NCBI RefSeq assembly: GCF_009914755.1
Contig: NC_060937.1
DNA from: the human T2T-CHM13v2.0 reference genome, Homo sapiens
Direction: 5' to 3' (one strand)
Length of the DNA stretch: 64,000 nucleotides
The translations under genes and the position numbers were made by a program. Position 1 is the stretch's first letter. The number at the start of each line of letters is the position of its first letter. The notes beneath the pieces were generated by a model, which did no database searches, was not told the DNA's origin, and saw nothing but the letters and a program-made list of their open reading frames with translations. Positions 55,438 through 64,000 of this stretch are shown piece by piece.

Positions 55438-55700
55438 GGCTGGGCACAGTAGCTAATGCTGTAATCCCAGCACTTTGGGAGGCCAAGACGGGTGGATCAC
55501 CTGAGGTCAGGAGTTTGAGACCAGACAGACCAACATGGTGAAATCCCATCTCTACTAAAAATACAAAAATCAGCTGGGCGTGGTGGCACATCCCTGTAAT
55601 CCCATCTACTCGGGAGGTGGAGGGTGCGGTGAGCCGAGATTGCGGCATTGCACTCTAGCCTGGGTGATAGAGGAAGACTCTGTCAAAAAAAAAAAAAAAA
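55438..55700 (+). mobile_element. AluS with right-arm internal deletion
   Basis: TSD AAAATTCCA(A/G)ATTTTC; CTCGGGAGG joins directly to TGGAGG. Confidence 0.92.
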
Positions 55701-57799
55701 TTCCAGATTTTCTGCAATACAAGAAAGTATCAACTTATATTTCAATTATTATAATATGTGTTTTTCATGACTTTTGAAAATAAGTAAAGTTGACATTGGC
55801 TTTAATTGCCAATGTGTTTATAAAAGTATCAAACCTAAACAAAGAGCCAGTCTTACAGGTATTCTCACAACAGGACTCTAAACACAAATTAGGAAAGGGC
55901 CAAGCTTAAAATGATTCTTCTTTAACCTGCTTTGAGATTTATTGAACGAATATTTTTGATGAGTCAAAGAATGAGATAGCTGTGAAGCCCATGGTTTTGG
56001 GGATTGTAATGTATTTCTTTACCATCCTGTGTTTTAAATTTAGCACCATTATCCAAAGTGATTGGGTTAACGTCGAGGGCCATGAAGCAGCAAGAGAAAA
56101 AAGATCATGGAAGGGCAATTACGGGGAGGGGGTGATAGCCTACATTATTTTTCAGAATATTTAGTAAGCATGAATAATGTCTAATCTTGCAGTATTACTT
56201 TATTCTAACATAACAGATGTTTGTTTATTTTAACAATCCTATGGTCAAATTGATAAATTATAATGTAACTCATGTTTCAGGCATTCAAAGAAACAGTCTA
56301 GAAGAGCTGCTTATGTTTAGACTCAGTTTATTTGTCAGACTTTATCTTTTCAGAATTTTCTAAGAACCCTATAATTCACCCTAGGCATCACACAATTCTT
56401 GAGAGGATAGTTTAAACCCTGAGATAAACTCATGGAGGACAGAAATGTTGGAGAGAAGCAGATGACCAAAAATCTTATCTTAGGAAATACACAGTTAAGA
56501 GACAGAAAGAGTAAAGATAATGTTAGATAAAAGAGTTAGAAAATGATATAGATAAGAGAATAAACTAGAATTTTTTTTTCTAGTGAAGATAGAAGTAAAT
56601 CAGTGTTATGATGTTCTTTAAGAATTGAAAGGGTTCTCTAACAGGGAATGCTGACTTGATACGTAGAAATAAGAGAGGCTCTTGCATGTTGGGTTTACCA
56701 AAAGAACCACAAAAAGTCAGGGTCACAAAAGAGTGTTATGGTAGTAACACCCGAAGGAGAGATGTAAAAAGATATAAGGAATTAAACAAGTCCTTATGAC
56801 TGTTCTACCATCTCTATGGCTAAAGGGCTACTAGGAACAAGCATGAATGCAAATGTTTGGAGAAAACTCAAATAGGTATGGAAATAAGACGACCAATATT
56901 GTTTACTATTCTTGGTCTTTTGCCTTGTCATAAATACACTTTACAGACCTCATCTTTCCAGAAAATAAATTTATTATATGACTCTTTAATATTTAAAGAT
57001 ATTTAGGAAAATATAATTTTTCCCAAAAAGCTTTTATAACAAATTGATACCTCCGAAGTAAAATCAAAAGAAAGTCAACACTTTTCTATTCCTTTGATGG
57101 GGGAGGAAAAAAATAGAAGAAGGCTTTGACAAAGAAATGCTTTTACTGTTCAAAGGGGACTTGTCTAGGAAACTGAACATATTAGCATCTGTTGCTTGAG
57201 TTTTCCTTTCAAAGTGAAATTAAGCTGAGTAGTAATAGTCTCTTACCTCCCGACTTCTTTAAATAAATACATTCAAACACCAAATCTTGCCTTGTGACAT
57301 GAGGTTTAAAGATTCTTTTGCCTTTAATGAGATCAGGGCAAATGAAGGAGTAAAAAATAATATGTTAATGAGGGGAGGGAGTAGAGGCAGCCAGGTGGCC
57401 CCGGGATGTAAAAAACTTTTATTCTTCACCTTTGTGTAGAGAGTTCCCTTCATTTGTTAATCTCCTTGCATTTTTTAAATGCATAAAAGACCATATGGAC
57501 TTCCAATTGTATAGGCACTTTGACTTAGATGTTTATATTGCTTCACCAGGAATTTACATTTCCTTATTGTGGAGTCAGCCATCAGGGATTGCTTCCTCTA
57601 GGACTATAAACCAGAAGACTGATTCTTTGATCAACTTACATTCTCCGAATCCTATTCTTCCTTGCAGCTCCTCGTTGCCCACGAATCTCTTGTTTATTCC
57701 CTTAGTTTAATCGAGAAATTTACTAGATCTGGGTCTTCCTCTCCAGCTCATGTTTTTCTTGGCTTTATTCCAACTATTCAGCCTAGACATCAAGTATTA

Positions 57800-58560
57800 C
57801 TGTTACATAGAACCAATGTTAATTTATGTTTACCCATGTAGTTAAATTAAAATATTTTTTTAACCAGTGTTTTTTGGTGTCTTAAACCTACACTCTGAAA
57901 TCATTTTCTTTCTACCTGGATTATGTCTTTCTGAATTTTCTTTAGTAAAAGCATGTTGGTGATAAACAATTTTAGGTTTTAGATATTTGAAAATTTAAAA
58001 CTCCATTCACAACCTGAATCGTGAATTTTAAGTTGATGACTATTGTCTTTTAGAAGATTAAATTATCATATTACTGTATATGGTGGCTTTCACTGATGTT
58101 GGCAATTAGCTATCAGCCTAATTGTCCTTTCTTCATAAGTGATCTTTTTGACATGAATATTTTTAGTATTTTTTTCTTTTGCTTTGGGTTTCTTTAATTT
58201 CACTATGAAATGTCTAAGTGTGGATTTCCTTTTATGCGTATTTTCACTGCTTCCTGGATCTGAGATTTACTATCATATAGCTGTAAAACTCTCACATATT
58301 ATTTCTTTGAATAGTGCATTTTTTCCAATTTTTTCCCATTCTTTTTTGAGGAAAATGAATTGTATATATGTTAAAACAATTCCTCTTTTTTCTATATGAT
58401 TTATTTCACTTCTTTCAAGTTCAATAGAGTTTTCTTTGCGGAATCCAGTCTGATAGTTTTGGGGTCTAACTCTTTTGATCTATGTTCAATGCATTGGGTT
58501 TCAAATTTTTAATTATAGTTTTTATTTCTAGATTTTTGCATTTTTTAAAACCTGTTGGTT
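57800..58560 (-). mobile_element. Ancient L1M fragment
   Basis: T-rich with degenerate L1M blocks (TTTCACTATGAAATGTCTAAGTGTGGATTTC). Confidence 0.55.
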
Positions 58561-61500
58561 TGTTTATTAAGTGCTACTCATATTTTTATAGTTGCTTTCT
58601 CTGGGATACATTCCATATGCGGATTTTGTATGCTGAAGGTGAGATCTCCGAAGTCTGAAGCATCCATGGGTCTGGCCCTGCTCTTTGTCGCCTGTGCTGG
58701 CTCTCACCCTCCATACTTCACAGCCTTGGGTGTTCTGTAATCTTCACTGGGAATCTCAAAGTCTTCCCACTTCAACCGTGAGAGTTCTTTGAAGCCTAGG
58801 TTGAAATTCCATTACTCTTCATTTCTTAAAATAAAAAGCTTACTATTACTTCTGAAAATGCTTGAAAATAATAACACCTAAGACAGCTGTAAATTAAATA
58901 ACGCTTCTTGAAGTTTCTGGAATACACAGATTAACATTAATTTACACCTCAAACATACTTGAGGTGTGAGTGATGTGTGATTTTTGAATTTTAAGGGGAA
59001 TTTTTTCCCCTTCTGTCTGGAATCTACGATAAACACAACCAAGTGTAATTTATGTCTGTTTTCTTTGACTCATCTTCGGTTCCTGTAAGAGACGAAAATA
59101 AAAGAATAATGGAGACTGATTATTTTTATAAGGTCAATATACCCGGTGTCTCTTGGAATTCAAGTATGAAAAATATTTCAGGGCAAGATTAGTTCAAATG
59201 TTGTTGATATACAAGTTAGATGAAGAATGGGAATTTGTCTTCATGTTAAAGATTTTGAAAATATGGTAAGAAAAAAATCATGGATGGGGAGGGCTCAAGG
59301 GAAAATGTGAAAATTTGAATTTAAAACAACAAATCTGTGCAGTAGTTTGTGGCGATCTGCCTTAATAGAAGTTTGGGGTAGTTGAAGAAGCAGCGATAAG
59401 TGGGAACTGGAGTTTAAGCGTAGTAAGAGGGGGATTGTTCTTTTTTAAAATGGTAACAAATAATAATTGTGATTCAGTAGTAATGCAGGAAAGGAAGAAA
59501 CACTGTAGCAAATGCCTAGAAAGAGCCAGAGGGAGGAGGACCTGCTGGACAAGAGGAAAGGCTGGTGTGAGTGAGGATCACAGACACCTCATCTGTATCC
59601 ACGGAGAGAAAGGCAGAGGGTGTTGCAGATATGGGATAGTTGTGTTATATGGGAGAGCCTGTGGATGTTCTCTCCTACTTACATCTGTTTTCTCAGCTGT
59701 GAGTAAAGATTGGGGAGGAGGTGTTAGAGGTTTGAAAAGAGAAGATGTGAAATGGTAGATTTAGGGGCTAGGAAAGGGAATGGGCCAAGTAAACTTAAAA
59801 TGAGCTCTGAGTAAGTTGTGGGGTCATACAAGCATTAAACCTGAGTGTGGATCACAGCCAAGTAGGATATGACCTTACCGGGGGAAAGAATGGATGAGCA
59901 AGTTGCATGTGGGTAGGAGGAGGTGCAAAGATTAAAAAAGAACCAGGTAGAAAACAGCTGTCATAGAAGGTTAATAGATAATAACAAATATTAATTTGTA
60001 AAAAAGGAACTGAATACACAAAGATTCAGATGCAGAAGCTAAAAATGGTTGCTTCTAAAAAGGACTGAATTTCATGTTCAAATCTGATAGAAGTAGTTGA
60101 TTCTTTAAATTACATATATGAATAACTTTGATACACCAAATCTTAAATGTATATTTTCATATATAAAACAAATATTAAAAATAATAAGAAAAAAGCATAT
60201 GCCTATTTGTATATATACAAATATGTAAGTTGTGTGGTTGACTGTTTGAATAAATATGTATTTATTTGTTTACAATTCATGTCCTGCTTAATGCCAAAAA
60301 TGATCTGAACTATTAGCTGAATTGCCAAGTCTCTAAAATAAAGCATACCCACAGCAGTGTGTAGACGTACATTTCAGGGAACAGCGATGTCAGCTAGACT
60401 CACCCACCTAATTATTAAAACTTAGTAAGAAAAATAAGGTTTTTTTTTTTCTTTTCAAAAGACATCTGGCACTCCATGAATCAAGCAGTTAGAGCTGAAA
60501 AAGTAGCAGCATCAATTACAGAGAAAAGTGCAGTTTTTCTCACCTATCAATTATGGAAATAGAGTGCTACAATTTTTTCAGCTAAATTTTCCTAATTAAT
60601 GTATCAAGATCATTGTTACTATCATCTTTTAACAAGATTATACATATGAAGTTCTATGGGTTACCCTCCTGTAAAACTATTGCTAATTTCTAAGAAATCG
60701 AAAGTTAAAAACCAGTAAGTGTGTTGGAAAATGATGCTAGCAGGTCCCATGATCTTTGGGGAAGATTGATCTGCACAGGATGATTCTGTCTTGAGCACTG
60801 AGCTCTGGAACTCCTATCAGGTGTAGCTTTCATTAGTGGACCAAGCAGTTCACTGATGTTCCTACCGTCCTAGGTTCCTGGGGCCTACATGACTTATGCT
60901 TATAACAGAGGGAGAGGATTCGTGGATTCTCCTCAGGCTTTTTGTAGATCATGGTGAAAAGTGGGTTGCTACACAATAACATGAACCCTAGTGGTTTTCA
61001 TGCAAGGCGTTCTGAGAGTATGAAAAAAGAGCTGAATTAATCTCCATAACATTCCCTGAAGTTTATTGTATACCCAGGGCCTTAGTTATAATTTCAAACC
61101 AAGAACAAGGTTCTCCTGTGTGTGACATCCAATGAGCCATGAAAGGAACTGAGTGCGTTCACTGCCCTGGAGAAATTCCAGCAGCTTCTCCGCATGAGAT
61201 CAGTATATAACAGATGGGACCAGGGTGACTGATTTAATTAGAATATTTTAATAGCAGAATTGTGAACATTACACAGCTCTATCAGGAAGAAGGCCATTAA
61301 ATTTACTAAAGTAATTGTTTCATTGGGAGAATATGTCAAATAAAATATATCTACTTGTTATATATATACATTTAATTTGAAGAGAACTTCAAAGGATGAT
61401 TAGGAAAATGAAGTCATTATATAACATATGATGATTATCTAAATCTTTATGAGAAATGAATCTTTAAAGCTACTCAAATATTTGTCTTGTCTTATTCACT

Positions 61501-62312
61501 GAAGTATCCTGCTGCTTTAAGCTCCTTTTGACCTAGTCGCTGATGTCCTCCAGACTTGAGAATGATACATTAGAAGAGGAAGAGCTCTTTCAGTCTGTTC
61601 AGAAAATAGAGATTTTTGTGACATGAAGGCAGTTTATAAAATATACAGCATTTATCTAGAGTTAGTGGACTCTTAAGGGAAGAGTAAAACAAAACTACAA
61701 TTTTCAAAGGTAGATAATATACTGCATTATGTTTTAAAATTAATTTTATGAAAGCAGAAAGCAAATTAGTCTTAAATTTGTGTTATTTAAACATAACATA
61801 TTTGAATGCTTTTATTAATTTTGCTGTTAGCCTGAAATTTATACTTACATCACAAAAGATCAGTATCTCTTAAAATATTATTTGCTAATTCTGGTAGATA
61901 CTATATATATATTATCTCCCATATAGTATCTATTATAATTTGAATAAATCCATATTTTAATAAATCCTATAATAGAGCATACCTTCCTATTATAATAAAT
62001 GGTTAATATAACACAAGGCTTAGCAGCATGGTGTTTAATGGAAAGTGTATTAATAACATAATAGAATTCATGTCAAATAACCTTATAAAACCTCTTGTTC
62101 AGTTTCTAGTCAAAAAGCAAAGAAGAACAAAAAAAAATCCCCCTTTTTTTACTAAAATAAACTCAGTCTTATTCATGTATACCCGAGAGAATATTTTTTT
62201 CTTTTTTTTTCAGAAAACAAAATAATCAACATGGGTTTAAGGGGGAGATAAAATGATCTACTTATCTATCTATCCATCAACCCATCTATATCTATCTCAA
62301 TACCTAGGGGTC

Positions 62313-62676
62313 TGTATTAGTCCATTTTCATACCGCTATGAAGAAATACCGAAGACTGGGTAATTTATAAAGAAAAAGAAGTGTGATGGACTCACCGTTC
62401 CACATGGCTGGGGAGACCTCACAATCATGGTAGAAGGCAAAGGAGGAACAAAGGCATATCTTACATGAAGGCAAGGAAGACAGTGTGTGCAGGGTAACTA
62501 CTCTTTATAAAACCATCAGATCTCATGAGACTTATTCACTATCACGAGAACAGCATGAGAAATACCTGCCCTCATGATTCAATTACCTCCCATTGGGTTC
62601 TTCCCATGACATGTAGGGATTATGGGAGCTCCAATTCAAGATGAGGTTTGGGTGGGGACCCAGCCAAACCATATCA
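62313..62676 (-). mobile_element. THE1 (THE1B/C-like) solo LTR
   Basis: TGTATTAGTCC...CAGCCAAACCATATCA with typical THE1 blocks. Confidence 0.92.
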
Positions 62677-64000
62677 GTGCCTATTAACAGCTTTCTTTTG
62701 ATAAAATAGGAAGGGTGGTAATAGTTTTCATAGTAACAAAGTTTTATGTTTTATCTTTTTGAAATAATGTATCTAATCATTAAAATTCTTTAAAAAATTC
62801 TTTAAAAAGAATTCACTCAGCACCTTATCATTTAAAATACAATGGTAACTGCTTAGTATTAAATACCAGAGAGATATGAGAATGAAACAGTTGAAGGGCA
62901 AACTCCTAGATGCCTCGACTACAATATACAGTGTCCGGGAGAGACTTTTACTGCTAGAAACCAGAAGTACCATAGAGTCAAAGTTGCTATGAAGAGACTG
63001 GAAATAGTTTAGTTCAGACCCAAAGCTCAAGTCAGCTATAAAATTTATCTTAGTGTCCTAGCGCAAATCAGATTCCAAGTAGAAGACAAAACTCAGTGAG
63101 CTATTATTGTAGATGGCATATTTTCCAGTTAAAGCTACTGTCGACTTGTGCCATGACTTCCATAGGAGGCCCATTGAAAAACAATCCCCTGGATCATTGC
63201 ATGGACTTGCCCAGTGGCTGGTAGTAATAGATTTAGGTGGTATTAAATAAATAATTGATAAACGTATGAATTTTGTTTGCATTTGAACATTAGCAGACCA
63301 TATAAATTAGGAGTTCTCTGTAAGTCTGTATTGATATAAATCTTACCGAAGCTAATAATTCGAACAATGTAAATGCAAGAGAGCATCTGAAACTAATATC
63401 CGATCAGAGTGTGGTAAAGGGAGCATACAGACCCCAAGTGGGCATGGTAAGCTAAGAATTGCATCAATTTTTTTATGTGAGAAGAACCAAAGATTAATCA
63501 GTATCACTTTGTATGTTACCTGTATTTTGATATCCAATATAGTCATTTCTGATTAATTGTTTAATAAACTGCCTGTGGTTCTCACATCATGTTTTAGTCA
63601 AGGAAGGTTCTCATTAATTTTAAACAATAAAGCTCTGATTTAAAGAACATTTTTCATTGTTCCTAAAGGGCACAATAAACAATTGCAGTCCAACCCTCTA
63701 GTGCCAAGAATGATGGAGAAAGGCAGGGGTAGCTGTAAAGTACGTGACCTTATGCAGTCTGCACCATACCCACCCAATGCCAGGTGATGTCTCTTTCTTT
63801 CTCACGTCTCCCCCTCATTTCATGGTTTCCCTACCTCTAAAATTTCCCTTCCCCAGATATGTAACAGCCTAGAGTCTGAATATTATAGTGTAAAAAGCCC
63901 TGTTCTTTATTTCCATCCTCTCTGTTACAAATGCAGTTATTCTGAGGAAAATCTTTCTAAGACGTGTCAAAGATAAAAAAAATTGGATCATGTCTTCATC

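Overview
AT-rich, CpG-poor primate (human-like) non-coding DNA with no recognisable cellular protein-coding exon. The dominant feature is a two-LTR HERV-H provirus on the minus strand (10283-16516, LTR7 type, 5-bp TSD, tRNA-His PBS, decayed gag/pro/pol). The rest is interspersed repeats (Alu, L1, L2, MIR, THE1/MST, LTR40, MER50-like, hAT fossils) and three tandem or low-complexity arrays. Most notable: (1) a very young BC200 retrocopy whose target site mimics BC200's own 3' unique domain; (2) a HERV-H 5' LTR that keeps TATA, SOX-type motif and splice donor while the 3' LTR has lost its TATA; (3) an apparent single-event AluY-L1PA chimera; (4) a 35-bp VNTR that appears to have grown out of one arm of a hairpin; (5) candidate plus-strand exons and regulatory motif clusters. 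Repeat subfamily names come from recalled consensus sequences, not from a search, and boundaries of old repeats are approximate.
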